64,000 nucleotides of DNA from Flectonema sp. DT1601 (taxonomy: Eukaryota). Shown here in pieces: positions 20,714 through 33,832 of the stretch. Every line of letters starts with the position of its first letter. Within the stretch, counting starts at the first letter, position 1. The stretch lies in assembly GCA_964019425.1 (NCBI GenBank), contig OZ025804.1, positions 620,001-684,000 of the forward strand. The letters are read 5' to 3'. The notes beneath the pieces are model-generated. The model was not told where the DNA came from and did not search any database. It was given only the letters and a program-made list of their open reading frames with translations. The translations under genes and the position numbers were made by a program.

Positions 20714-21713
20714 ATGGCTGACGAAAAATTAAAATTCCTAGTTTACGGACACAAGGGATGGATTGGAGGACAAGTAATGAGTATAATAGAAGGATGTGGT
20801 CATACTGCAATTGGAGCCACTGCTAGAGCAGACAATGAAATTGATGTCGAGAAAGAATTTGATGAGATAAAACCAGACAGAGTAATCAGTCTGATTGGAA
20901 GAACTCGAGGAGGGGAATTCTTAACTATTGATTACCTTGAGCAAAAGGGTAAGTTAGCTGAGAACATGCGTGATAATTTATGGGGACCGATGGTTCTTTC
21001 ATTCTTATGCCAAAAAAGAAACATTCACTTAACCTACATGGGTACTGGCTGTATATTTCATTACGATGCTGAAAACCACAAAATTGGAGATTCTGGATTC
21101 ACTGAAGAATCGCTGCCAAACTTTTTTGGATCAGCGTATTCCACCTGCAAAGGCTTTACTGATCGACTGATGCACATGATGGAAGATTCTGTTTTGAATA
21201 TCCGAATTAGGATGCCAATTACTGGAGATCATTCTCCTTATAATTTTATAACAAAAATAGTAAAATATAAAAAAGTTGTTAATATTCCAAATTCGATGAC
21301 TGTGTTACCTGAATTGTTACCAACAATGATTGACATGGCTGTGAAGAAACAAAAAGGAACGATTAACTTAACAAACCCTGGAGCTATTAGTCATAATGAG
21401 GTTCTAAACCTTTACAAGAAACACGTCGATCCAAAATTTTGGTATGAAAATTTTACTGTCGAAGAGCAAGATAAAATCTTACTCTCTGGAAGGTCTAACA
21501 ATTTACTTGAAACGGACAAATTGAAAACTCTTTATCCAAACGTTGATACCATTCATGAAGCAGTTGAGAAGGTTTGTTTTGTTTTTTATTTTTTCCTTAA
21601 AAATGTGTACGTGTTTAAAAAAAAAAAACACAAATAAACAACAGGTATGCGTTGCTATGTCAAAGAATCACGGCATCATTGAGCACGGTAAGGGTGATGC
21701 CCCATCTTCTTAA
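20714..21713 (+). CDS. Bifunctional NDP-4-keto-6-deoxyglucose 3,5-epimerase/4-reductase (NRS/ER, UER1-like; rhamnose synthesis); exons 20714-21571, 21645-21713
   Basis: KFLVYGHKGWIGG, TGCIFHY, PNFFGSAYS.CK, LNIRIRMPI, NFITKI, NIPNSMTVL, NPGAISHNE; GT-AG intron 21572-21644. Confidence 0.9.
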
Positions 21714-22728
21714 GTTAAAAATATTTTTTTTTTTGTATTATTTCATTATTGTACTTATTTGCGAAAGTATAAAAAAAAAAAAAAAACGCATCGTTTTTTG
21801 AAATCTAAAAATCCATATAAAACCGACCCTTTTTTTTTTTTCCCCTTTTTATTATTATTTTTTTCATTTAAAATGACCGCAAAAAAAGAAAAAAAAAAAA
21901 TTGCTTGTCTTCCCTTCTGTTTTTCAGTATCGTAACAATGTTCCTTAGAAAGGCGATCCAACTAGTGTCCTGTGCTGGATTTCTGATGTTGTCAACTTCA
22001 GAGACTTTGGTATGTAGCTGAAAATCGAATTCCAGAAAAAAAAAAAAAAAAAAAAAAATCTTACATACCGCATTTTGGATAAAAAAGTCTAAGAACTCGT
22101 GTGGATTTTTTCCCCCCATTTTTTTTTTTCCTCCTTGGAGAAGTTAACAAGTGTGGGGGGGGAGAATTGATTTAAAAAAAAAAAAAAAAACAACAACAAC
22201 AACAAAAAAAAAATTAATAATTCAATAAAAAGAATGGAATCGCAATTTTTATCGAACAGAGTGCCCACGGCACACATCCCATGAGAGAAAAAAAAGTTAT
22301 ACTTTTTTGTTGTTATTATTTTAAGGTAATTTTTTTTTTTAATTGTTTTTCCTTTACACCCCAAAAAAAGTCAAATTACACTGAAATAATGAAAGTTAAA
22401 AAAGTACTGAAGCAGATGAAAGACTACGAGAAACAACGAATTCAAGTTCAGAAAGACTTCATAAAATTAGATAGAGAATATAAATCTGCGAGACCAGCTG
22501 TTGAAGAGGTGTTACGAACCTTATAGTTGAAAAGCCTTAAGTGTGAATCAGTAAAACGATATTCAGCAGAGATTACACAGATACTCTCAACCAACTCTCT
22601 GATTGTATTTCTGACTTTAAGTAGTTTCAAGTTAGTTTTTCTTTGTGGTGATTTGTTTCGTATTAAAGATTACTTCTCCCCTTCAGCTATCTTCAAGTTA
22701 CTTTTTTAAAACCCTCCTTTTATATAAT

Positions 22729-23456
22729 ATGATGATGTCACGTGCCATCCGCAGCCCACTTGCCAGAGTATGTGTTTGTTTTTTACTTTCTATTGTGCGG
22801 TCAGTCACATAATAATACAAATCAGGCCGCAAGATTCGCGTCATCCGGTGCCGTTAGAAGAGATTTGTTTGGATACGAACAGTCCTCAGAAGTAGGACCA
22901 TGGAACAAGAAGATCTCAGAGGTATGAAATTATCATTTCTCAACAATTATTTTAATCATTCAACTCCCTAATACGAATCAATTAATAATTTCACAATCAG
23001 GTTAAGAACTGGAACGATGCCGGAGAGTACATGGTTGACATGAACAGAGACAACTGCCCACCTGATCTCAGCACCTACACTGAGGTATTGAGAGCCATCC
23101 TTAGATGTGACTCAAAGTTGGAAGGAGGAGTTACCGATGGAGAATCAAAGTTCTGCGCCATGATGGATGTTTTGGAGGAGATGACCCACAGAAACAACAT
23201 CGCCCCAGACACTGAGTGCTGGAAGATCGTTATGGAGGAGTGCATTGCTAACGGTGACTTCCGTGCTGGACGTGCTCTTGCCGCATGTGTTGCTGGATAC
23301 ACCCCAAAGGGAGGAGAGAAGTCAACCATCCCACAAAACCTTTTGGACGCCATTGAGAAGAAGGCTGAGGAGGCCAAGGCCGCCGGTAAGGACTTCCCAG
23401 CTTCCCTTCAGAAGCAGTCCAGCGGTCTCTTCGACATGGAGATCAAGGCTAACTAA
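22729..23456 (+). CDS. p18: Mitochondrial F1-ATPase subunit p18, copy 1; exons 22729-22767, 22826-22921, 23001-23456
   Basis: Spliced product MMMSRAIRSPLARAARFASSGAVRRDLFGYE..PW..KI...AGEYMVDMN..NCPPD..TY...ESKFCAMMDVLEEM.HRN...GLFD matches the motifs of trypanosome p18. Confidence 0.92.
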
Positions 23457-23884
23457 GTGACTTCTCAGCTAAGGTTCTTTATTAGTGTTATTTATTCTTT
23501 CTTTTTGTTTTTTCGTTTTTTTTTTTTTGCCCGTCGTTTTTTTTGCTTTTTGTTTTTTACCCATTCCCATAAGGTGGCGGAATTTTCTTTTTTTTCCACT
23601 TTTTTCTTTTTCAGTTCGTAGTTTGTTGTGGGAAAGGGGGATTTCTTTTTCCTCTTTTGGGTTATCAATAATACCACCAGGGTTGTAAAGGGACAAAGGG
23701 TTCGGTCCCTGTAGGTCACTCTTCACATCATCACCACACGTACGTTATTAATTCTCTACCAGCCAATCATGCACTTGATCAGATGCTTATTTTTTGGTTT
23801 ATTGTAATCGTTCTTTTTATTTTTGATTAATAATTGTTGTTACCCAGCCTCAGGTCTTAATCGATTCCCTACTTCACAAACAAA

Positions 23885-24621
23885 ATGATGTCAATCCGCT
23901 CACCACTCTTCAGAGTATGTAATTTTTATAAACTTTTTTTAATTAAGTACTCGTTTTATTGTTTACTTGTCACTACAACCAATCCCTCAGTCTCTTAGAT
24001 TCGCGTCATCCGGTGCCGTTAGAAGAGATTTGTTTGGATACGAACAGTCCTCAGAAGTAGGACCATGGAACAAGAAGATCTCAGAGGTATGAAATTATCA
24101 TTTCTCAACAATTATTTTAATCATTCAACTCCCTAATACGAATCAATTAATAATTTCACAATCAGGTTAAGAACTGGAACGATGCCGGAGAGTACATGGT
24201 TGACATGAACAGAGACAACTGCCCACCTGATCTCAGCACCTACACTGAGGTATTGAGAGCCATCCTTAGATGTGACTCAAAGTTGGAAGGAGGAGTTACC
24301 GATGGAGAATCAAAGTTCTGCGCCATGATGGATGTTTTGGAGGAGATGACCCACAGAAACAACATCGCCCCAGACACTGAGTGCTGGAAGATCGTTATGG
24401 AGGAGTGCATTGCTAACGGTGACTTCCGTGCTGGACGTGCTCTTGCCGCATGTGTTGCTGGATACACCCCAAAGGGAGGAGAGAAGTCAACCATCCCACA
24501 AAACCTTTTGGATGCCATTGAGAAGAAGGCTGAGGAGGCCAAGGCCGCCGGTAAGGACTTCCCAGCTTCCCTTCAGAAGCAGTCCAGCGGTCTCTTCGAC
24601 ATGGAGATCAAGGCTAACTAG
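23885..24621 (+). CDS. p18: F1-ATPase subunit p18, copy 2; exons 23885-23914, 23991-24086, 24166-24621
   Basis: Mature protein identical to copy 1; different presequence MMSIRSPLFRSLRF. Confidence 0.92.
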
Positions 24622-24971
24622 AACTGTTGTTGCATTGCATCATCTTCTCCACCCCCGAGCCGAGTCGGGATTGAACTAACGACATGGAGAGTAGAAAATA
24701 AAAAAAAAAAAACAACAACAAAAGAAAGTCATAAAAAAAAGTGGTATTTTTTTTTCTTTTATTTTTTCATTTTTTTTCTTCTTTTTGTACCACCTCCTAC
24801 AGGAGATGGTTCTAGTTTTCATTGGGTCCTTTTTTAGTGGGATGTAAAGGAGTGAAGTTCTTTACATCAAAGGGGGGATCGGTTATCCAGTAGGTTACCG
24901 AGGGAGTGTTTTGTTTTATCGTTCCCAAATAATAATAATAATTTTATAATTCTTCAGTTGAATTGAATGTA

Positions 24972-26114
24972 ATGCCGGCAGACGGAGAACTTCTTGAAAA
25001 GTACACGAGAGGTGCTGAGGGGGCTGCACATTCACTGTCAGGGTTGGCTGTCTCTACTGGATATTTTAGTGATAAGAAATGTGAGCCATTACTACCCTTT
25101 GCGGAAGATGAGGGGAGTTCTGATGTGCAATCTGTTAGTGGGTTACTCTGTCGTATTGTTGGTCAGTTGTCTTATTGGATTCTAACTGATGCGTTTCCCA
25201 ATGACGATGAACCGGAACAATCGACTCCCGCAAACACAACTGTTGACTATCAGAAAGAAGATGAATATGTTGAAGCTGCCCACCAAGCCAGTGGCCTAGC
25301 CGCGGCATTTTCCGGAACAGTCAGAGCAGGTGAAGGAGGTCAATCATTGCTAAACTACAGCGTTGAGAATGTAAAAAGAATGTCATCATTGATTTCACAA
25401 GCGAGAGAGTCTCTCGATCAACTTCAACACAACAAACCAACAGACAGTAACCCGATTGGAGCACTTCACTGTTTATTACTTTGGTGTGAAAATATTTTAA
25501 ATTATGCGACCGAATTATCTCCCATCGAATCAGTAAATGATATCAACAAAGCCTCTCCACGAACTATAAGAAGAGCGTCGATTATGACTTCTGAGTCATC
25601 TCCTCCACGTGATAAAACAACAAGACGAATAAGCTGGAGTGAAGATAATGAAGTAACACCTACCAGTGCAGAGATTTCAAGGCAACAGGCGGGTGTCAGA
25701 CCTTCGACTCAGGGAAGTATCTCTATGCCTTGGGCTGTTAATATTCCAAGACCACAAACAGCAACACCAGGTCATGGAGGTAGTGGTGTTCTCGTTACTA
25801 CTCCGAATAGTTCAGATCCACGCCCTGCTAATAATAGTCCTCTGTTCCCGTCATCGTCAAAACAATATCCTCCTCCTTCAAATCTACCTGTGTCAGAAGA
25901 AAAACTAAAACACTTATTTTATCAATATGATACAGAAGGCTTAGGATGGATCACTCGACAAGATATGAGAGACATATGGGAAGACATGGACGTTGTGGGA
26001 CTCCCTCAATACAGAGATCGACTTGAAGACACACTCAGTAAATACTCTCTACATAATGGAAGAGTTTCTTATGATGAATATTGTATTGTTATGTTAAAAT
26101 TAATGAGTTTGTGA
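24972..26114 (+). CDS. Hypothetical protein with C-terminal EF-hand pair
   Basis: 380-aa ORF; LFYQYDTEGLGWITRQD and NGRVSYDEY motifs after an S/P-rich linker. Confidence 0.8.
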   Translation: MPADGELLEKYTRGAEGAAHSLSGLAVSTGYFSDKKCEPLLPFAEDEGSSDVQSVSGLLCRIVGQLSYWILTDAFPNDDEPEQSTPANTTVDYQKEDEYVEAAHQASGLAAAFSGTVRAGEGGQSLLNYSVENVKRMSSLISQARESLDQLQHNKPTDSNPIGALHCLLLWCENILNYATELSPIESVNDINKASPRTIRRASIMTSESSPPRDKTTRRISWSEDNEVTPTSAEISRQQAGVRPSTQGSISMPWAVNIPRPQTATPGHGGSGVLVTTPNSSDPRPANNSPLFPSSSKQYPPPSNLPVSEEKLKHLFYQYDTEGLGWITRQDMRDIWEDMDVVGLPQYRDRLEDTLSKYSLHNGRVSYDEYCIVMLKLMSL

Positions 26115-26742
26115 AAACTTTTTTGAAAAAAAAAAAAAAAAAAAAAAAACTTTAGTCTTATGTTATGTTGTGTTCATTTTTTTTTCTTCTTCTTCTTGTG
26201 TTGATGACCGAAATTTAAAAAAAAAAAAAAAAATTCTCTTTTTTTATACAACTACCGACCCCAGTATATTACACATACGAGAAAAAAAGAATTAAAAAAA
26301 AAAAATAAGAATAAAAAAAATGGGAGCCACAAAAACGGTTATTCCGAAGAAACAACGCTGGTACGAAAAGACAGACGGCACTTGGTACAGTACAGCACCT
26401 AAAAAGACAGGGGCAGGTGACGTTTTTCTAATCAATATAATAAAGGTCGGGGCAATACCTGGAAATGTTGTTTCACAACATCATTCTCTTTGATGTACTG
26501 TGAAGTTGTTGTACGGATTTGATCAACTTTACCCTGACTGTGATTGAAGAAAAAAAAAAAAAAATTGCCAAACTGTGTGTCACACCAGTCTACACGGCAG
26601 CATTGATGTGACTCTTCGAGGAAGAAGTACTTATTTTATTTGAAGGATTCGCTGTTGTGTTATATTTTTTTTGTTTGTTATCAGACAGGTGCAGGGTAGC
26701 CACACACAAAAAAAAAAAAAAAAAAAAAAAAAAAGTTGTAAG

Positions 26743-27520
26743 ATGGGAATATTTGCCAGTAAGAAGAAAAGGGAACTAGTTTGCTGCGGACTTGACAACA
26801 GTGGAAAAACTACTATTCTGAATCAGTTAAAAACTACAAAGGTTTGAAAATATTTTTTTTTTCAATCTCTACTTGTATTTTTTTTTTAAAAAAAAAATCA
26901 AAAACATAAAAAACAATAAACCACAGACTCGTAATGTACAAGTTGAACCCACTGTGGGTTACAGTGTTGAACAGTTTTCAAAAGGAAAAGTTAATTTCAC
27001 CGTATTTGACATGGGAGGGGCTAAGAAATTCCGATCCCTTTGGGAGTATTATTATCAAAATGTCCAGGGAGTAATGTTTGTAATTGATACGAGTGACAAA
27101 ATACGAATGTGTTGTGTTCGTGATGAATTAAAACTTCTACTAGAACACCAAGGTATTGAATTTTTTTAAATTTTTTTTTTTTTTAAATTTCTTTTTTTTC
27201 TTTCAAAAAAACAAAAAAAAAACAACAGATCTCAAGGGAGTTCCTATTCTGTTTTTCGCCAATAAAATGGACATAGCAGGAGCGTTAACGCCTCAGGTAT
27301 GTTTTTTTCTTCTTTTTTTTTTCTCCTTCTTCTTTTATATCTATATGGGTCGTATGATTACTGATGGGACTTCCAAAAAATGAAATAATAAAACAACAAA
27401 ACAAAAAAAAACATCAACAGGATTGTGTTGAGCAATTAGGGCTTATGGAGCTTGTACACGACAGATCATTTCATATTTTGTATGTGAATTTTCTTTTGAT
27501 AATGATTATTTCTTATATTC

Positions 27521-27555
<35 letters not shown>

Positions 27556-27642
27556 AGCGCGAGTAACGCGAGAACTGGTGCTGGTCTTCAAGATGGTATC
27601 GAATGGCTTTCATCAGTGATTGAGAAGAAGGGTGATAATTAG
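26743..27642 (+). CDS. ARL6: ARF-like GTPase ARL6/BBS3; exons 26743-26841, 26927-27152, 27229-27296, 27421-27479, 27558-27642
   Basis: MG start, GLDNSGKTTI, PTVG, FTVFDMGGA, LWEYYY, PILFFANKMD, ASNA..G.GLQDGIEWL; four GT-AG introns keep the frame. Confidence 0.85.
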
Positions 27643-28500
27643 TTATTTTTTTTTCGTTTTTTTTTGGTAAGAAATTCGAATTAACCAACCAAAAAAAACC
27701 TGGTTGCCTGACGGACTATTTGTATCAGTTCAATAGCTCTGTAAGTGAGTTAACGTGTGGTAGGATTTATCCCTTTTTTTTTGTTTCTCTGAAAATTATT
27801 TAGGGAGATTGTCAGAGAAATTTCTCTCTGCCAAAAAAAAAAAAAAAAAAAATATAAACAAAAAGGAATAATAAAAAAAATTTTTTTTTTGACCAACAGA
27901 TTACTGTTAGCGGGGAAAAAAAAAAAAAAAAAAAAAAAGGGGGAAAAAAAATAAAAAAGTTGTTAAACGTGGCTTTTTTGTAATTACTTCATAAGAATGG
28001 TTGGTATTCTTTCGCTGATAAAAAGCCCACTGAGGCGATGATTGGGTGGAAGATTCACCGATTTTCCCCAGACATTTTCTCACTGTTTTTTTTTTTAAAA
28101 TTTTTTTATTTTCCCCCTTCTTTTTTCTCGCACAATAGAAAAAGTGAGCAGCGTCGGGGAATGAAGGAAAAAAAAAAAAAAAAAAAAAGCACAAGTCCAT
28201 CTAGAGAAAATGCGCGTTTTTCAAAAAGACTGGTTTTGTTATGGCAACCACTGTTTTGTAAAACACCGAAAGTAACGAACGCAATCATTTCATTTTAACA
28301 AAAGTAATTGGTTGCGGTCTGTGCACTCGCAGTTTCCCACACTCACGCTTCCCTATTTTATATGTAAAAAAAAAAAAAAAAATAATAATAATTACTGCTT
28401 ACCCGAAATGGACGCTGTAAGGTATTCCACAAACTTATTAATATAGGGGCTATTCTCTCTTTTAAAAAAAAAATAAAATAAAAAGTAATTCAGCTCTCCA

Positions 28501-28607
28501 CAGGGGTGATGACTTAGTCCCAACACCAATCCTGATGATAGGAGATGGGGTAAAGTATCGCCATAGCTCAACGTATCTTTAAACAGATTGTTTATTGCCT
28601 CTGAAGG
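28501..28607 (+). ncRNA. Candidate box C/D snoRNA upstream of RACK1
   Basis: GTGATGA at 28506-28512, internal CTGA at 28532, terminal CTGA at 28601; ttattgcct just before box D is complementary to AGGCAAUAA of eukaryotic SSU rRNA; no terminal stem. Confidence 0.3.
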
Positions 28608-28695
28608 TAATGTCGTATTATAAATTATAGTTCCATCATAAATACATTACAATTAGTATTTCGCATAAGCCCTTTTCAGTCATTACCGTCACACT

Positions 28696-30067
28696 ATGTC
28701 AGAGGGTCACTTCAGATACTGCGGTCAGCTTAAGGGACACGGAGGATGGGTTACCTCCATTGCTTGTCCAATTGACAGCAGCGACATGCTTGTTTCTGGA
28801 TCAAGAGGTTTGTGTTCTTTTATTTCATGTTGTTAACTTCGTCAGATGGTTCTCATCTTACAAAGTTGGATGAATTCTAATTATTAAAAACTAAACAAAT
28901 AAAACAGATCGCAGTGTGATCCAGTGGACTATCGACCCTGACCAGACCACCGGTACCTACGGATTCGCCCAGAGACGTATGGAGGGACACTCCAACTTCG
29001 TTCAGGACGTTCAGATCTCATCCGACGGTATGTTCGGACTGTCCGCGTCATGGGACGGAACCCTCCGTCTTTGGGACCTTCAGACCGGTGCCTCCACCTG
29101 CAGATTCGTCGGTCACGAGAAGGACGTCATGTCATGCGCCTTCTCCCCTGACAATCGTCAGATCATCTCTGGATCAAGAGACAAGTCCCTCAAGGTATGT
29201 TGTGTTGTATAAAAGTAATCATTGTTTTGGTGTCACACCATAGTGATAAGAAGAATAGTAAATAAATAAAATAAAATAAACAGCTCTGGAACACCCTTGG
29301 AGAGTGCAAGTTCACCATCGACAAGCAGAGCCACACTGAGTGGGTTTCATGCACCAGATTCTCACCAAACCCACAGAACTCCCTCATCGTGTCTGCTGGT
29401 TGGGACAACAAGGTCAAGGTTTGGTCCCTTGCTGACCTCTCCCTCAAGTCAGACCTTGAAGGACACACTGAGTATGTGATAACTTTTAATATTTTATAAT
29501 CATAGCCAACCTGATGTTGGAGAGATTGAAGACACTCGGACTGGTCCGAAAGGTGGGTAGCAGTTTGTTGACTAAAACTACACGACTAAAATAAAACAAA
29601 ACAAACTAACCAACAGCTACGTCAACACCGTTACCATGTCACCAGATGGTTCCCTGTGCGCCTCAGGAGGCAAAGACGGTACCGCCATGTTGTGGGACCT
29701 TAACAAGGGTGAGCACCTCTACTCCCTTGACGGAAGTGACGTCATCCACGAGTTGGTATTCTCACCAAACAGGTATGGATTTCTATTATTGCTTCTTATC
29801 TTTTATTGTAATTGATTAATTTGAGAAAAGGACGAAATGAAAACATCTTAAAACAGATACTGGCTCTGTGCCGCTACCGGATCCGCAATCAAGATCTGGG
29901 ACTTGGAGAGCAAGCAGACTGTTGCTGAGTTGGTACCTGAGCTTCCTGACATGGGCAGAAAGGCCATGAAGCCGGAGTGCATCTCTTTGGCCTGGTCCGC
30001 TGATGGCTCTGTCTTGTACTCTGGATACACAGACAACACCATCCGTGTCTGGGGAGTCAGCGCCTAA
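28696..30067 (+). CDS. RACK1: RACK1 (WD40, G-beta-like), copy 1; exons 28696-28807, 28908-29194, 29284-29471, 29617-29772, 29857-30067
   Basis: [98 protein letters not shown]. Confidence 0.95.
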
Positions 30068-30355
30068 AAAAGTTTAAGCTGAACGAGGGTTAAGTAACCT
30101 AGCGTTTAAGTTTTATCCAAAAGATGGAAATATCATGTCAGGAATTAATTTATATATTGATCCCCCCACACTCTCGTACAGAATTTCAAAAATATATTTA
30201 TGAACATGAGGAGGATGAAGTACCTATCAAGGAGTTCTTTACTACAATCAGAACCCATTTATCTGGGAGTTCGTGGAGAAGTAAGAGGCAGTGTAAGGTG
30301 GTGACACAATTAACTTCGTTTTCTCGCAGCTTTTATCTCAACTTAGCCACACAAA

Positions 30356-31721
30356 ATGACAGACAGCACCGGACACTTCAGATACTGCGGTCAGCTTAAG
30401 GGACACGGAGGATGGGTTACCTCCATTGCTTGTCCAATTGACGGTGGAGATATGCTTGTTTCTGGATCAAGAGGTTTGTGTTCTTTCCGATGTTGTTATT
30501 TTTAACAACTTTGAATTGGTGGTTTTCTGAAGAAGGAAAACAAACGAGAAAAACAAATAAAACAGATCGCAGTGTGATCCAGTGGACTATCGACCCTGAC
30601 CAGACCACCGGTACCTACGGATTCGCCCAGAGACGTATGGAGGGACACTCCAACTTCGTTCAGGACGTTCAGATCTCATCCGACGGTATGTTCGGACTGT
30701 CCGCGTCATGGGACGGAACCCTCCGTCTTTGGGACCTTCAGACCGGTGCCTCCACCTGCAGATTCGTCGGTCACGAGAAGGACGTCATGTCATGCGCCTT
30801 CTCCCCTGACAACCGTCAGATCATCTCTGGATCAAGAGACAAGTCCCTCAAGGTATGTTATTATTTAATAATTAAAGTTTCTGACTGATGGAGTGGTCAT
30901 CATTCAAGAATCCAACACAAAACAAACAGGTTTGGAACACCCTTGGAGAGTGCAAGTTCACCATCGACAAGCAGAGCCACAACGACTGGGTTTCATGCAC
31001 CAGATTCTCACCAAACCCACAGAACTCCCTCATCGTGTCCGCTGGATGGGACAAGACTGTTAAGGTTTGGTCCCTTGCTGACCTCTCCCTCAAGTCCAAC
31101 CTTGAAGGACACACTGAGTATGTAAAATATTTATTTAGAACGTTCATTACAGCGTTCCTTTAAAACTTCTTCGAAGTCAACACTTGTCCATTCTAATGAA
31201 GGGATGGTGATAATGTTACCCTTGAGAAACTCTAGTCTCTGAGGGAATAATGAAACAAACTAATCAACAGGTACGTCAACACCGTTACCATGTCACCAGA
31301 TGGTTCCCTGTGCGCCTCAGGAGGCAAAGACGGTACCGCCATGTTGTGGGACCTTAACAAGGGTGAGCACCTCTACTCCCTTGACGGAAGTGACGTCATC
31401 CACGAGTTGGTATTCTCACCAAACAGGTATGGATTTCTATTATTGCTTCTTATCTTTTATTGTAATTGATTAATTTGAGAAAAGGACGAAATGAAAACAT
31501 CTTAAAACAGATACTGGCTCTGTGCCGCTACCGGATCCGCAATCAAGATCTGGGACTTGGAGAGCAAGCAGACTGTTGCTGAGTTGGTACCTGAGCTTCC
31601 TGACATGGGCAGAAAGGCCATGAAGCCAGAGTGCATCTCTTTGGCCTGGTCCGCTGATGGCTCTGTCTTGTACTCTGGATACACAGACAACACCATCCGT
31701 GTCTGGGGAGTCAGCGCCTAA
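30356..31721 (+). CDS. RACK1: RACK1, copy 2 (5 exons)
   Basis: Same exon structure; N-terminus [10 protein letters not shown]. Confidence 0.95.
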
Positions 31722-32075
31722 ATATGTGTTTAGCACGTGTGGCTTGACATCATGTTTCCTATTTTCTTTTTGGTTTTTTTCTTTTCCCCCAACTTTTCAA
31801 AACTAAGAGCAGCATGCTAACAAAAGATCAACACGGACATGGGCTCCGGCGACATTGAGAAAAATAAAAAAAAAGCAGCAAAGCGAATCATTATATAAAA
31901 AAACTAAAATATCATCATCGGCATTTCATCAACTACTTTACTTATCATTGCCCCCTCTGCAGGACCAAAGGAAATTAGTAAAAGAGTCATTGTCTGAATT
32001 ATTCTTGTTCTTGTTATTGTCTTACGTAAGTTACTTCCCTCATAGCTATCAGGAGAAATAAATCAACTTAACAAC

Positions 32076-33458
32076 ATGTCAGAGGGTCACTTCAGATACT
32101 GCGGTCAGCTTAAGGGACACGGAGGATGGGTTACCTCCATTGCTTGTCCAATTGACAGCAGCGACATGCTTGTTTCTGGATCAAGAGGTTTGTGTTCTTT
32201 TATTTCATGTTGTTAACTTCGTCAGATGGTTCTCATCTTACAAAGTTGGATGAATTCTAATTATTAAAAACTAAACAAATAAAACAGATCGCAGTGTGAT
32301 CCAGTGGACTATCGACCCTGACCAGACCACCGGTACCTACGGATTCGCCCAGAGACGTATGGAGGGACACTCCAACTTCGTTCAGGACGTTCAGATCTCA
32401 TCCGACGGTATGTTCGGACTGTCCGCGTCATGGGACGGAACCCTCCGTCTTTGGGACCTTCAGACCGGTGCCTCCACCTGCAGATTCGTCGGTCACGAGA
32501 AGGACGTCATGTCATGCGCCTTCTCCCCTGACAACCGTCAGATCATCTCTGGATCAAGAGACAAGTCCCTCAAGGTATGTTATTATTTAATAATTAAAGT
32601 TTCTGACTGATGGAGTGGTCATCATTCAAGAATCCAACACAAAACAAACAGGTTTGGAACACCCTTGGAGAGTGCAAGTTCACCATCGACAAGCAGAGCC
32701 ACAACGACTGGGTTTCATGCACCAGATTCTCACCAAACCCACAGAACTCCCTCATCGTGTCCGCTGGATGGGACAAGACTGTTAAGGTTTGGTCCCTTGC
32801 TGACCTCTCCCTCAAGTCCAACCTTGAAGGACACACTGAGTATGTGATAACTTTTAGTATTAATATATGTACAGTTCTGTCTGAATAATTAATCCTTGCC
32901 TGTTAATGGCTATTGATTAGTTTATTGTTGATGGGGAATTATTTTACCTTTTTACGATCTCCGTATGAAGTTAGTTAAAGAACTAAATGAAACAAACCAA
33001 CCAACAGCTACGTCAACACCGTTACCATGTCACCAGATGGTTCCCTGTGCGCCTCAGGAGGCAAAGACGGTACCGCCATGTTGTGGGACCTTAACAAGGG
33101 TGAGCACCTCTACTCCCTTGACGGAAGTGACGTCATCCACGAGTTGGTATTCTCACCAAACAGGTATGGATTTCTATTATTGCTTCTTATCTTTTATTGT
33201 AATTGATTAATTTGAGAAAAGGACGAAATGAAAACATCTTAAAACAGATACTGGCTCTGTGCCGCTACCGGATCCGCAATCAAGATCTGGGACTTGGAGA
33301 GCAAGCAGACTGTTGCTGAGTTGGTACCTGAGCTTCCTGACATGGGCAGAAAGGCCATGAAGCCAGAGTGCATCTCTTTGGCCTGGTCCGCTGATGGCTC
33401 TGTCTTGTACTCTGGATACACAGACAACACCATCCGTGTCTGGGGAGTCAGCGCCTAA
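32076..33458 (+). CDS. RACK1: RACK1, copy 3 (5 exons)
   Basis: Same exon structure; N-terminus MSEGHFRY. Confidence 0.95.
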
Positions 33459-33832
33459 ATATGCCCGTCATACAAAGAGTGCTTCCTTCGCAAGAAAAGC
33501 TAACGCAGTGCCCTTTATCATTTTCTCCAAAATAGCTGGGAATTAAAAAAATCGAAAAAATCGAAAAAAAATTATCAAAAAACCGTAAAAAAAAAAAAAA
33601 AAGTTGATGTAGAAAAAAAAATTCAGCCGGGAAAGAAAAGAAAAACCAATAGTTGACCGATGTTTTGCTGACTGACTTGGCTTTCTATTCGCACCTTCAT
33701 CACTACAGTTCATGTTTCCCTACCAGGTCACTTCAACTCATTAACTTTATTAAAATTCCTTAAAACTGTAATTATTATTTTAGTCTTGACTACCATAATC
33801 ACCCCCCCAAACAGAGTATCGATTGGGTAAGG

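Noticed and set aside
22389..22709. Short ORF MKVKKVLKQMKDY... continuing in frame after a TAG
   Set aside because: No recognisable homology, and TAG serves as a normal stop in other genes here, so read-through is unsupported; may be a tiny gene or pseudogene
27005..27025. ARL6 switch II reads DMGGA instead of DxxGQ
   Set aside because: As I recall, Ala at this position also occurs in other protist ARL6/BBS3 proteins, so it is not treated as novel
29505..29565. Hammerhead ribozyme in the RACK1 intron
   Set aside because: CUGANGA and GAAA cores are not correctly arranged around stems
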